46,122 bases of DNA, taken from assembly GCA_003971905.1 (NCBI GenBank), contig RSEE01000005.1, forward strand, positions 1,240,001 to 1,286,122, written 5' to 3'. The stretch comes from Moniliella sp. 'wahieum'. Lineage: Eukaryota. How positions within the stretch are numbered: the first letter of the stretch is position 1; every line of letters starts with the position of its first letter. Shown piece after piece: positions 25,565-38,400 of this stretch. The notes under the pieces are model-generated. The model was not told where the DNA came from and searched no databases. It saw only the letters and a program-made list of their open reading frames with translations. The translations under genes were made by a program, and so were the position numbers.

Positions 25565-26219
25565 CCGATCGCACGATCCAAGGGCAATGCGGGCCATGCA
25601 AACGGCGCTAGGACGCCGGCGGGGGGGGCACAGGGGTGTGGGCACGCTGGGGGCAGGCGGGGCGGAGAAGTGGAGCGCTGATGTTCGGATGGCGGCGGCG
25701 GGGCTGGTGACGGCGGGGGCGGGTGCGGGTGCTGCGGGTGCGGGTGCGGGTGCGGGTGACGGTGACAGCGACGGCAGCGGTGATGACGACGGTGATGGCG
25801 GCGGGGAATGGAGAGTGCCCGCACGCCGGGGCCCAATCGTAATCCGCAATCATTAATCACGGGTGGCGGTGGGTGAGAGACGCCATGATGGCATCATCAC
25901 ACAGCCCCAGCCGACGCCTGTGGCCGGATTAATGCTTGGCCAGTATCAATCAGTGCACGCTGTGGCTAGCGACTGTGATTGCCCCACCCACTTCTACCGC
26001 ATCAACCGCATCTGGCCGCTGCAGAGCCGTGTTCATACAACCCTAACCCAGCTACGCATCATTGCAGCTGGTCTGCGAAACAGTTTACACCGCCAAACTC
26101 CTTTGAGCACAATTGGCGTCTACGTTTGTCATGTAGTCCTCCCTTCAAGCTTCAAGAAGCTTCAAGCTTCATCTACCTCCGCTGGCTGCTCCCTCGTCAA
26201 GCCCAACAGAATCTCATCA

Positions 26220-26323
26220 GGTCGGATGGTCTAGCTGGTCATGACGTACGCTTCACATGCAGTCCGAAGCACAAGGTCTCTTTGAGACGCGTAAGGTCCC
26301 CGGTTCGATCCCGGGTTCGATCA
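26220..26323 (+). tRNA. tRNA-Val(CAC) with ~30-nt intron (26258-26287)
   Basis: Acceptor GGTCGGA/TTCGATC plus A. D-arm GTC-TAGCTGGTCAT-GAC. Anticodon stem TACGC/GCGTA with CAC at 26254-26256. T-arm CCCGG-TTCGATC-CCGGG. Confidence 0.92.
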
Positions 26324-26324
26324 C

Positions 26325-26330
26325 TTTTTT
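26325..26330 (+). terminator. Pol III terminator (T6) of tRNA-Val
   Basis: TTTTTT starts 2 nt after the tRNA discriminator base. Confidence 0.75.
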
Positions 26331-26930
26331 GTAACTGGGGCACACCACACCACTCTAAACACCAAATGCCGGTAGACTCTGTAGCAGTATGGCGCCACGC
26401 ACCTTCAAACATCCAACCCGGCTCATCCTAGTTCATCCTCCTTCACCCCTTGCCCCATGGACTTTCTATTGTGGCAAGAACAATCCTTTTCTGTGCGTGT
26501 TCTTCCCCAGATTATCGGGAGAATGTGAATGAGACGATAAGGCTGCGGACGGAGGGCTTTCGCCGCGTCAGCAAGGAATACTGTGTGGGGGGTTATATAT
26601 ATGCGGGCAAAGAGAGGAGAACACACGCGGTACAGGGAGGTATGGATCATTCACAACTGGGCCAGTGGCTTACACCAACAGCTGAAAAAGTCAGTGCAGC
26701 ACGAGCAAGGGCCAGAGCACAGCAGAGTATAGTAGGTATCGTGGCGGAATAACGGCAGCATGGGTGGGGGGGAGGGAACAAGTGAGCAAGTATAGGACAC
26801 TCACCATCTTGCAATGGGACTGATGCAAAAGACGCATAGCGAACGCAATCTGTTGTTACCAGGTGTGCATCTGGACCTGACGGTAGTACACGGCCACACC
26901 AAGGCATAGGTGGCAACCAAGCGGTCAGTA

Positions 26931-28794
26931 TCACCAGATTGCGCGGGCGAAGCAGACGGGTGGGGGGCGCGGGCTCGCTGACAGGCGAGGGAAGGGAGAC
27001 ACTCTCCATCCCTTTGCCCAGTCGCGGAGAGGTGGAAGGGAGGTGGAGGTAGCAGGAGGGTAGGAGGCTATCGCAGCATGGTACCCATCCACCGCGCAGT
27101 CCATCGCCCCGCGCCACGATCGACGCGAGGCCGTGGCGGCGGCCGCTTGGCTCATTGCCGCCCGCGCAGCAGGAGAACCGATGAGTTGAGCGAGCATCTC
27201 GCTGTACCGTTCCACCCCTTTGCTGAAGGTCGCACTCCCAGGACGCATGGCGGAGGCAAACGTCAACGCATTGGGGTTGCGCTTCGGCTCTTCCTCCAGC
27301 CCTGCCTTGACACCCATCTCGGTTGGGGTCAGCAGGAGGCCCGTGTGGTTGTGACGGACCAGATCCGCCGTTCCATCTGCCGCCAAGCCAACGACTGGCA
27401 GCCCTGAAGCTAGCGCTTCCAGTACCACTTGCCCAAACGTCTCGGTATATGAGGGAAAGGCAAAGATGTCGGCACTGGCATAGCATGCTGCCAGCGCCTT
27501 GCCACGTTGATGGCCCAGGAACAGAGCGGCGACACCCAACTGGGCGCACTCGGCTTCCAGCGCACCGCGCGCCGGGCCGTCACCAACAAATACGAGTTTC
27601 GAGCGCGCGCGCAGTACCGGGTCCAATCGAGCGTACGCGGCCACCAGTAGCCGAAGGTTTTTTTCCCAGCTTAGCCGGCCCACATACAGCACCACCACGG
27701 ACGGCGCAGTACACCGGTCGGCACTTTGCTTTGTGTCGATAGCGGGCAGCGTGGCCAAGATAGTGGATGGTTCGGCAGACGGGGAGGGGGTGGCTGCAAT
27801 AGCAGGGGCGGGAGAGCAAAAGAGGCAAATGCTGCCTCTGGAATCGCAGCGCCCACCACGGCTTCGTAGGACGGGGGCGGACTACGCTCAATTCCCTGCG
27901 AAAAGGTATCGGGGGAAGGTGTGTGGATGTAGGACCTATCCTCAACACATCCCCATTCGCCTCGCAGCTTCTCATCACGGGCCAGTGGCTTTAATTGGAA
28001 CGAAAAGAGTGGTATGGTCAGTCTGTGCGTCTTGCACAGCAGATAACATGCAATGCGCATCCCAGTTGACACGTACCGTGAATACTGCTGTATCAATCCC
28101 ACGCGGCCAGAGGGAAACGTTGGAGAAGTTCTTGGATGCTAGCAACGTAGCCGTCGAAGGAGACGGACAGAGGGTATATTCGCACTTGTTGTGGAGCGAG
28201 CGCGTTAGACCCCAAATGGCCCGCTCCAACCAGGGCGCTCCGTACAGACTGGCATAGACGGCAATGTTGGTGTGGTACGAGGCGACCATGGGAACCGCAG
28301 GGAAATTGGCACGGACAAGAGGAACCATTTGAGCTCCTAGCCAAATGGGATCAATAAAGTGGACCACATCCGGTTGGAAGCGCGCCATCTCACGTAGGAA
28401 CCGAGGGCGGGCAAAGTTGAGTCTGAGACCAGGGTAGACCACCAGGGGCACGCCCCACGTACCCACGACCGAATGGCCAGCATACGACGTCTGGAGTAGG
28501 AACATGAACCATCACACATACATGTCAGCACACCCATCTCCAGTTGACGTTCGCTGGAAAAACGAGAACGCGCTCCTCAGGAAAGGGACTGACCATCCTC
28601 GTGTCGGGGCCACAGACGATGACTTGGTGCCCCTCGGCCGCAAGGTGCTCTAGCAACCGCGCCAGCGTACGCGTTACAACACGTCTACTTTGGGAAGAAA
28701 GTTTTCCGTCACAATGGCCACGCGTAGTCGACGACTGTGCCGCGCCCGCGGCGGGAGCGGGACCCAGGCCGCACCTGGCTCAGGCTCCCACCAT
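26931..28794 (-). CDS. Glycosyltransferase family 4 (GT-B; SQD2/PimB/MgtA-like)
   Basis: 'LRVAIVTENFLPKVD..TRTLARLLEHLAAEGHQV', 'FQPDVVHFIDPIWLG', 'ASYHTN', 'WPRGID', 'LYVGRLSWEKNL', 'VGDGPAR' and 'YASADIFAFPSYTETFGQVVLEALASGLPVV'. Introns are likely and the ends are approximate. Confidence 0.92.
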
Positions 28795-30741
28795 GCGTTA
28801 ATGCTCGACGGTCGGCCTTGCTGCGGTCGGTTGTATCGGGGGACGAAGGGCTACGGCCAAAGTCGTGGTCAGTCAGACTGGGAACGGGCGGCGGCTTGTC
28901 GGACAGCGGGGGACGCGATGTTGGTGGTTCAGCGTCAGTGCGTTTCGACGTGTGGTCGCGAATGGGTGGAGGGAGGGCAATGGGCGGGAAGAGGCTCATT
29001 GTAGTCCAAACAGGGGTGCGGGTGGCACAGCAACACCGGGTGGGGCCTGAGGCGCCTGATGAGGGATGAGGCGCAGGAGTCGGGGGGGGGGCGAGGGCGT
29101 GGGCGACAGGAGGGATGGCGATACATTTATACTGCCGGGGGCGAGGGGGCCGAGAGAGGGAGTAAACTGTGACCCCAGAGCGCTCGAATGCCCGTCAAGG
29201 TGCATGCCATGTGTGCACACTGACAAAGCACTGGCATAGCCTGCCGATGGCAGTATCGCACCCAACGTCGGCGATGCGATAAAGCCACCGTGCGCGTGCG
29301 TTCAATGCGGCAGCGGCAGAAGAAGTGCCTCGGCGCCACTTGCATTCTCGATCTCTATCCAGCACCGGCCGAGACTGGCGCCGAAGTGCACACTGGCCTC
29401 TTTATGAATCACTGCCCGCGTGTCTGAGGGCGCGAGCAGCAACACCAAGATAGCCGCTGCTGCCTCGGCGCTTCCGCCAATGGGAAGCCAGTGTTGTAGC
29501 TTATAGAAACGGCACGTGCTGTAGGCAATGTCCAGCTGCAGCTGTTTGGCCGTCTGGGGCAGCGAACGACAGCCGGACACTTATCAGCAAGTCGAGTCTT
29601 GTCTCACCCGGCATTATAGCACACACTCTCCAGAGGAGAGGTACGTAACGCGCCGGGAACGCTGTCCCGTTGAGAGACCCCTACCGGGTGAGCCCGGGGC
29701 TGGCCCGCGGTTTGAGGCCTGAGAGGTCTGCCACGAAGACGCGTGTTCCCGTGGCTTGGAGAGGCCTTCTCCCTCAGGCCTCATTAAAGATCTCTTTCCT
29801 CCTCCCTCTCTCCTTCCTCCTCCCGCTTCGCCCGTGCATGTGAGACGAGTGGCCAAGTGGCGAGGGCAGGCGCGAGGCGGGCGTCCATCGATGACATCCT
29901 CCGCCAACAGCAGCACCCCGACGGGGCGGAGCGTGATGCAGTGATGCGATGCCCGCGTCGACGAGACTGGATGCTGGATACTCGAGCGGATCGATGGGCC
30001 TCCTCCAAGGGGGGCGTGAGACGGCACGTGCGCACTGCTCCGCCAGCCGCCTCGCCCGGGCAGCTTCAAGAACCCATCACGTGGCCAATGAACAGCAAAC
30101 GGCGGCCAGCCATCTGCATTTACCCCACACGTGTCTTTGGCGTCTTTCTCCCGCCGTACTACTCTGGCCGTGCACTCCATCCACGTGGCACCATTACATC
30201 AGCTCACCACGCCTCACGCGTCACGGAAGCTTGAGCGCGTTTCCCGTCACGTGCACGATCGCGCCCCGGTCGGTAGAAGCTCTTCGAAGCCACACGCCCA
30301 CTCTGCCCAATTATGGGGTCACAGAAAGATGAGAGGCAAGCAGCGGATGCTTGTGCATACAGTCCAGCCAAGTACAAGTAGGCCTGCCTGGACTGAGCCG
30401 TGCATGCTGGCGATACGGACACAGGGCTCAAAGGGATGGGGACAGGGACTACGGGTGGGTTGCGTTGCGAATGGCAACTCGCAACGGAGGAGAAACGGGG
30501 GGACAAGTAAACGAGAGTGGGACTGCATCGGCAGCCAGGGTGAAGCGTGATGAGGCAAGGTAGGGAGGGACACGTTGGGAGGTTGGGTTGGTAAAATGGA
30601 GCACTGGTCCTCAACTCCAGAGAAATACCTGGTGTAGAGCCAAGTAAGGGGGGGTGGGGTGGCGATGTCAAAAGATCAATGGCCCAAACAACTCGGCGGC
30701 TACACTTTGAATCCAAAGACCAGCAAGGGAACCACACCATT

Positions 30742-31442
30742 TTAGAACTTGATCAGCTCGTTCTCAAGGGCAAACCAGGTCCCGGCGGCGGTTGCGGCCG
30801 CGACAATGGCGAGCAGGAGAGCGACGAGCGGCAGAGGCACTTGTGGGATGCGCGACGATTTGGTTGCCAGCTGGGCACGGAGCTTTTCGTTCTCGGCCTG
30901 CAGTTGGGCCGGGGTGAGAGGCTTGGCAGGAGCGCCGTTGCGGGACCCCGAGACAGTCGACTCATCTTCCGCTCGCTCTTCGGGCACAGCGGCCGATTGG
31001 GGCGGGAGGTAGGCAACACGGATCTTCTGCTCACGAATCGACTCCTTGTCCTGCTTCTCCACCACGGGCCAAAAGTCGGCGTAGGACATCGCGGCCAAGT
31101 TGGCGGGAATGGGGGCAGACTGGATCAGAAACTTGTCGCGGCACTTGGCGTTGAGCGGCGGCTCGGCCTGCATGGGTTGCAGCATGATCTGCACCTCGGA
31201 CCTCTGCCCGGGCTCAATGCGGCCCGAGTTGGGCTTGACGCAGTACTGCTTGGGCGCGGTGGTCTTGATCTTAAGGCAATGGGGAACTTGTTGGGGTTGC
31301 TGATGAGCAGCGGGCGGGTGACCAGCTCAGTTAATGGGCGCGGGAAGCCAAGCTGGGAGTGGGGCGTAAGGCTGGAGGACGAGGAGAGTCAGAAGCGAGA
31401 GCAGCAGGAGGGGCGTAGCGCGTGGACGTACTCGACAGACAT
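30742..31442 (-). CDS. SCS2: VAMP-associated protein (MSP domain + coiled coil + C-terminal TM)
   Basis: MSP signature 'KIKTTAPKQYCVKPNSGRIEPG' and 'CRDKFLIQSA'. C-terminal TM 'VPLPLVALLLAIVAAATAAGTWF'. Short first exon MSVE then a GTACGT intron. Confidence 0.9.
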
Positions 31443-31961
31443 GGCACGACGGGGGTGGGTGGCGGGCGAGGGCGGGGGTGGTGGTGGTGGGGGAACCCAA
31501 GCGTTCTGGGGGTGCGAAGACTTGGGCTGGACGGCCGAAGCACGGCAGGGCCAGAGTGCTCAGGGGCAGCCTAGGGTTGCACAATGACACGCCGTGGGCC
31601 AGCGCGTCGTGAAAGCAGGCGACACTGGCGCTGTGCGGGGCACTGCGTCCCCGCATTGGAAGCACAACCCTAGCGGGATTCGCCGGCGGGGATTCGCCCC
31701 ACCAGTGCGACACAGTAGCCCCCACACGGGGCAGCGTTGGGCGCGGGCAGGCGTGCGCGTGCTGCGCTGTGCACTGCCCACGCGTCCCCGCATTCTGGCG
31801 CGCCGAGCACCCTGCTTGCGCTGCCGGCGACCCACACCGTCTGGGCGCTGCAGCCTGGGACTACAGCCTAGGACTACAGCCGAAGTCTACAACCCAAGCC
31901 CGCAGCCATGCGCTGGGATGCGCCTGCCGCTGCCCCTTGCACCACGGCCCTCCGCGCCAGG

Positions 31962-34851
31962 CTACGCAGATAAAGCATTCGCACCCCCTGCCCCGCCGCT
32001 GCCACACAGCCCCCCCGCCGCGCCCCCACGCCTCACCCGCGCGCCCGCCCCCCGCCCCTTGCGGCCTTTCCCGCGGCTTGGCCCTGGCGCCGGCACTGCC
32101 GACGGCGTCCCTGACGGCGCCCCCGATGCGCCGCCCGCCCGCCGGCGCTGGCCGCGACACTGGGCGCGTGAACCAGGCTGGGTCCCCGCTGAATCGCGAC
32201 CCCGGCGGCGGATGGGCAACGTGGGACGACGGCGGCGGGACATGGAGCCGGGGCCCCGTGGCGCCCTCGGCTGCTCCACCGCCGCGTCCCCCCCGCTTCT
32301 TGCCGCGCTTGCTGCCGCTCGCACGTGTCTCGGCCACGGCCGCCGAGGCCGGGGCTGCCGTCGCTTTCCCGTGGCCCGTAGGTGCCACGACCGCGGGCCC
32401 GCGACCAGCCGGGGCGGCGACGGGCTTGCGGCCGCCGTGCGACCAGGCTGGCGCTGGCGCTGACGCTGGCGCGGCGGGCAACGCCACCGCGGGCGCCAAG
32501 CTCGGGTTGCAAAACATAAAATCGTCGTCTTCAAACTCGTCGGCCCAATCAATTTGGCCCAGCGGCATACAAGCAGATTCGAGCTCGCCAACGGCGGGGC
32601 ACAGCTACAGCCCCAGCCGACTTGGGCTCCGCTGCTGCGTCTCCGCACGCTTCGTCTCACTAGGTTGCGGCGCAGGCTGGCGGTCTGCGGGAACGCCCGC
32701 TGGCGGGGCCGTCGTCGCTGCCGCCGCAGTAGCAGTAGCTGCAGGAGGCACCTTCGCCTGCCGTTTGCCTTGCGAGGAGCGGCGGGGCGAGAGCGGAGCC
32801 CCGTTCCCCGCCCCCTTCGTCGTCCCATTGCCCGTGCCATCCAGACTCTGCGACTGGGACACAGGTGGTGGGTTGGACACCCCCCGTTTTCTCCCTTTCT
32901 TTCCAGGCGCCGGCGAAGGGTCGGTAGGTTCCCTTTCCGGTCGGGACGATTTCTCTGGAGCCGGAGGAGGCGTATGCGCGGGATGGCCAGACGAAGACTC
33001 GACGGACTGGGGGTGCGCGGGCTGCGTCGCGGCCGGTGGTCCAGCGCGTTGGTGAGCGCCCGCGTTCGCACGAGATTGCTTTTCAGCCGCAGCGAGCCTT
33101 TCCTTGCGTAGGCGTTCTTTCCGCCCACCACGATGGGTCTTGGAAGTACTCGGCCCTGGCGCACGAGTGTCTTGAGGTGGGACAGGGTGAGGCGGAGCTG
33201 CCGAGCCGGGCGGAACAGCCGGCCCTTTGCCCTTGGATTCGGGATGCACCTTGGTCATCGTCCCAGGCCCCGCTGGGGAATCAATTGTTCCTTTTCCACC
33301 TTCCGCTTTCGTAACACTTGCACTGGGCGGGGGATGCTCAGCAGTCGTTTGTGAGCCCTTTTTCTTGGCCTTGAGAGGTGCCTTGGCCCCCGCCGATACT
33401 GTCGAGGGAGTCGGCGCCTGTCCATTTGCCTTTTTTGTTGTACCATTTGGTTGGCCTGGGGGCTGTGCGGCCGTAGGAGGGACGTCTCGTGGCCTCCCGT
33501 TTGGAGGGTGGTGGGCAGAGAGAGGTACAGCGACACGGGTGGTAGTTGGCTCAGCGTTGGCCGCCACAGTTGTGTTTTCTTCTTTTTGGCGGGCTCCACG
33601 CCAGTGAGGAGCGGAGCATAGGTCGGCTACCTCCCTGCTCTTCCTTTGGCTGCCAGGTTCGACAGGGGCGGCGAGAGCATGAGTAGGAACAGGGGATACA
33701 GCCGCGGAAGACGGCGTGGAGCCACCGCTACTCTGCATTCGGACCTTGCGAATCCGCTCTAGGATCGAATCGATGGCTTGCGTCCCGCCGTCGGCGCTAG
33801 CACGAGCCGAATCATCCGTACTTGGGGGCGCATACTTGCTATCCATCGAGGTGCGCGACGAAGGTAGCAGAATCGACCCTACAGTTTCTTTGGCCCGATC
33901 TGGCGCACCGGTTCCCGCCTCCTTGGTGGGGGGTGGGTCGTGCGCGGTCTTGCCAGGTGGGCGGACGGGTCGAGACGGCTGCTGCGCCCGAGTGCTGGCG
34001 GGTGGAGGCGCTACTGAGGATTCGAGTGGCGTGGTCGCTGCGGGAGGGGAAGCGGGCGGAATGCCAAGTCGTTCAGCTAGAGACAAGGTACGTTTGGTAC
34101 TGCCAGAGGAGGATGTGGAGTGCTGGGCCTTCGTGTGCGCTTGGTTCTTACTTTCGGCTCGGGGCTGGCCCGGTCCAAACCAGCCGTCATCGTCCTCCTC
34201 AATCGATTTGGACGACACCACTGGCGTCGCCGCCGCAGCCGCACCGCTAGGGCTTGGGCAGCGGACGTGGCGTACTTACTAGCCAACGAGCCGGAAGTGG
34301 AAGCTTCGGGCGCGGTCGCGGTCGATCCGGATGAAGCGGCAACGGCCATTTTGGCAGCTTTTCGGCGCTCCTCATCGGCGCCGAGCCAGCCACCAGGGCC
34401 AACAGCTTCCAGCCGCTCGTCGCCCACTGTACGGCCAGCCTCGATAAACTGTTGCATATTAGGTGGCTTGGTGATGGCCAGCGGATTGCGCGACGACAGC
34501 TCATCCCATGATACCCACCGGCCCGTATAGGTGTACTTGTTGCCGTGCACGCGGCGCACACTGGGGAACTCGATACGCGGAGGAAGAGAGTCCGAGATGC
34601 GACGCGCGCTGTGTGTAGTTTGCCCCGTGAGAGCTCTGGGGATTGAGATTGAGGGGAGGAGCGGGGGGGAGGGTCAGGTGGCTGCGGGAGAAGGAGGAGG
34701 AGGAGGGGGGCGACGCACCGTGACGGCTGAGGGGTTTGTGCTGTTCGTCCCACACATGCTGGAGAAAGGCGTGAGAGCCAAAGGATTCGTGGAATTCAAC
34801 AAACTCGTCGGGGCCGGGGCCGACGTGGAAGAGGGTGGTCATGGAGGTCAT
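31962..34851 (-). CDS. Hypothetical large, mostly disordered protein (Lys/Pro/Ser-rich, RG-rich C-terminus)
   Basis: A chain of same-strand ORFs (34501-35118, 34077-34559, 32605-34221, 31861-32568) that could be joined by frameshifts. Natural-looking segments include 'YTYTGRWVSWDELSSRNPL' and 'IDWADEFEDDDF'. No family recognised. Confidence 0.55.
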
Positions 34852-34946
34852 GGCGGGAGAAGGGCCGGTGCCCCAGGCGGCGGGGTGGGGAATGGAGGGA
34901 TGTGGATGGGAGTGGGAGTGGGGATGGGAGTGGGAGTGGGGATGAA

Positions 34947-35040
34947 GATGGCGATGGCGATGGCGATGGCGATGGCGATGGCGATGGCGATGGCGATGGC
35001 GATGGCGATGGCGATGGCGATGGCGATGGCGATGGCGATG
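34947..35040. repeat. Hexanucleotide microsatellite (GATGGC) x ~15.7
   Basis: Perfect GATGGC run, flanked by degenerate GGGAGT/GGGATG and GAAATG hexamers. Confidence 0.97.
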
Positions 35041-35491
35041 GAAATGGAAATAGAAATGGGGTTCGTTGGCCAGGGCCAGACGAGCGGCAGGGCTGGAGCA
35101 TCCAGGAGCAGGCGGCACGAGGCTTGAAGCTTGGAGCTTGAATGTTTGAACTGGACGTTGAAGCTTGAAGCTTGAAGGGTTAGGACAAGTATTGGCTGCG
35201 CATCGAGCAAGGCTGCCCTGCAGACGGTGAGTCTCACCGCTGAGCCTCAGCGATCAGCGGCCCCGCACCGGGCCAGCGACTCCTGGCGGCAAGCACGCGG
35301 GCAGTATGTGCTCTGTCCCTGCCATGCAGCCGGCGTTGCCCGTGCGAGGCGCATCGACACTGGCCGGGTGCTGCGGCGCCTCCCAGACAGCGCAGGCCAG
35401 CCCCGTGTTCCTGCATACGCGCGGCGTGGTACTCTGCCCATCCCACGCACCCCCTCGGCTCCTGTCCAGCACAGTATATTGATTGCAGCGT

Positions 35492-38400
35492 CTACACCTC
35501 CACCGCCTCGCCCGGCGCGACCGGCGCGTCGGACACGCCGGCCGCCAGCATCAGCGCGTACACCCGCTGGTCCTCCATCCCAGGCCAGCCCGACGGGTGC
35601 CGCTGCAGCAGCAGCCGCGGCCCGCTGCCGGCCGCGCCGCCGCCCCGCAGCAGCGCCCACGCCCGCCCGCGCACCACCTGCACCAGCTCGCCGCTCGTCG
35701 CATGGCGCACCTCGAGCATGTTGGCACTCACCCCCCCCTACGGCGCCACCGCCACCACCCGCCGCGCTCGCTCTCCCACCGGAATCCATCCCGCAGCCGC
35801 GTCCACCCCGACGCACATACAGCCCCACCCGCTCGTAGCACATCAGCCATTCGTCCCGCCCCACACAGAAGGCGGCCAGCAAGCGGGCGCCCGTCAGCTC
35901 CGTCCGCACCGCCTGCGCCGTCGGCTCCCGCCCCCTGCCGCTGCGCCCAAGCTGCGACGAGTGCGGCGAGCTAGTCTGGTGCGCCGAGCTCGGCCGCGAC
36001 GACAGCGCCCAGCTACGCAGTTTCGAGGCCATCCCGCCCGTGTTGCGCCGATGCACCGCCCGCTCGGGCGGGGGATGCAGCGCAGCGGGCAAACTCACCC
36101 TGCGCGCCGTCGCCTCCGGCCGCAAGATCTCCACCTCGACAGTGCGCACCAGAACCAAGTGCCCCCCCGACCACATGACGCCGCGCACATCCCCCTCTGC
36201 CACGGGCGGTAGCGGCCGAAACACACAATCTGGTCCGTCGATGGGCTGGTCTGGTGCAGGCACCCGTCGCAACGAGGGACCCTGCCAGGCAGCTTGGAAC
36301 AAGTCCCACTCCACCTCCCACTGCCGCACTTGCACGCCCCCCGGCGCATGGACGGCACACAGCACGCGAGTCAGATCCGCCAGTTGCAGGACGCAAAAAA
36401 ATACCACGTCCTCCACCATCTTGGTCGGTGCACTGGGAACAGCGGCTACGGCACGGTGCGGGGGTGCGACCGCGTCCAACGGGTAGACGGCCAGTTGCGA
36501 GTCGATCAGCAAAAGCAAAAGCCCACCCTCAGGCGTGCTAATCACCCCTACATCCTTCAGACCGGGTATGTTCTTCACCATGGTCCACATGGTCGACGGA
36601 TCTTCCTTCCATCCGATCCACAGCCCCGCCGGCGGCCCCTCGGTCACCACCGCCACACGCTCCCTGCCATCGCGGGTGGTGAAGGTGACAGCAGCCGAAT
36701 GGCACCGGTAGCCCGGGGTTGCATCCCGCGGGGAAGCCGCGCGGATGTCATCCCTCCGGAATGGTACTTGCCCACTCGACTAGCATGCGTCGGCGAAGCG
36801 ACCAAGCCAAATGACTGTTGTGCCATAAGGTCCAGACGAAACGGTGCGACGGCGGTCAGTTGGCGAGAACGCGCTTCGATCGACAACTCGAGCACCGCCT
36901 GCAGCGCCTGCCGCTCTTCCTCGTCCTTCATATAGATGATAGAGCTGCGAGCTGTACTCATGTGCCGGTACGCGACCGGGTACACTTTGCCCCCCGCTCC
37001 CGACGCGATACTGATCTTGAGAGGCGCGTCGGAGAAGGTGCCGAGCACAAGCAGTTCCAAGGGATCGGCTTGGGGACCCAAGTGATCCCCAACGAGCGAT
37101 AGTTAGCCAAATGCAATACCAAGAACCAAATTCGTTTCCCATATGCCCCTTGTAGTAAGGGCGAGAGCAGGGAACAGTGGACGTACTCGTTCATCAAAGG
37201 CCCACCCATCGCACGACTCATCCTCAGGCGGGTCGTTGGGATCTGGGGCAAATGCATTGGGCCGACGTTGCAGCAGGAAAAAAGACTTGTCTGTCACGAC
37301 CAGCATTAGAGTCATCACCTTGGTCCCTAAGGAACTTTCCAGCTTGCGGTACACGATGCCTTCGTACACCACGCCCTTCTGGGCCGGGGCCAAGCCGAGC
37401 GCGGCGCGGAGGTGGGTTTCGCCAATTTCCGGCTCGGCAGGCCAGACTAGTTTCTCGCTCCAAATGTACGCTTGCGCAATCGCTTCGGCAGGCGCAAGTA
37501 TGTGGCGCTGCTGCCAGATGAGGAGGTCATGAATCCGAGCCATGGCATTGCTCAGCCCATCTCGCTCCTGCTCGTCGGTCGTGACTTCCTTCACGTTGGA
37601 GATAAGCAACTCCATCCGCGCCAGCAGCACCAACGGACGATGCAAGTACGAGTCGACGCTCAACCGGTTCGGCCCGGACCAGGTGGACGGGGCAGAAAGG
37701 TACGCGGCCAAGCCCTTGTCACGCTGCTTGGCTAGGTCCAGCTTGGCTTTGATCAAGTAGTATTTTTGGGCATAGCTCGTGAAGCATTGCGACACGTCGT
37801 GGTCCAGCGCAGAAAGCACCAGGTCGCCCACCCCACTCACCATCGCATCTCCTTCTACCAGCCGGTGCGCAGCGCATGCAGCAGAACCTGAGCCCAATCA
37901 ATGCACGGCTGTAGCACCTTGCCCGTCGTTCGCACCACCTTGGACCGGATCTCTTGGTGTCCCAGATCGGCCCAGGGCACAAGAGAGGGCGCTTCGAATT
38001 CAACATTGGTCGGGGTCAGACTGTACCTCCCCTCGTCTTCCGGTACGCTTCCCTGTTCCAGCGAGGGCAGCCAGACCGATTGAAGATAGAGCAAGTCCCC
38101 CACGAACTCGGCTTGGTTTGGATCAGTTCGTACATCTGGTTCTGCCGGTTGATCTCGGCGCTTTCCAACTGCTCCCACACGTGCATCGGTACCAACTCTT
38201 GCCATGACGGTTTGGTTTTCGTCCGCAGCACCGTTTCGAGAGCACGATCGAGCCCGTGGGAGACTAACAACGGATCTGAACGGATCGGGACCAATTCCCT
38301 GGCGCTGACAACGCAAGGAGCTTCCGGGCGGGAGAAAAGGTTTGTAGCCTCACTACGCGAGTGGGAGGCCAACGAGTTAGGACCCTCGGTTGTCGGTGCC

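Noticed and set aside
16287..26323. tRNA introns as a novelty
   Set aside because: Both are at the canonical 37/38 position, which is common in fungi.
28900..30700. Several 60-190 aa ORFs between GT4 and SCS2
   Set aside because: Overlapping Arg/Pro/Ala-rich frames typical of high-GC non-coding DNA, with no domain signal.
31594..33055. Long plus-strand ORFs (289 and 428 aa) and other antisense ORFs throughout the window
   Set aside because: These are shadows of real genes on the opposite strand, caused by stop-codon scarcity at high GC.
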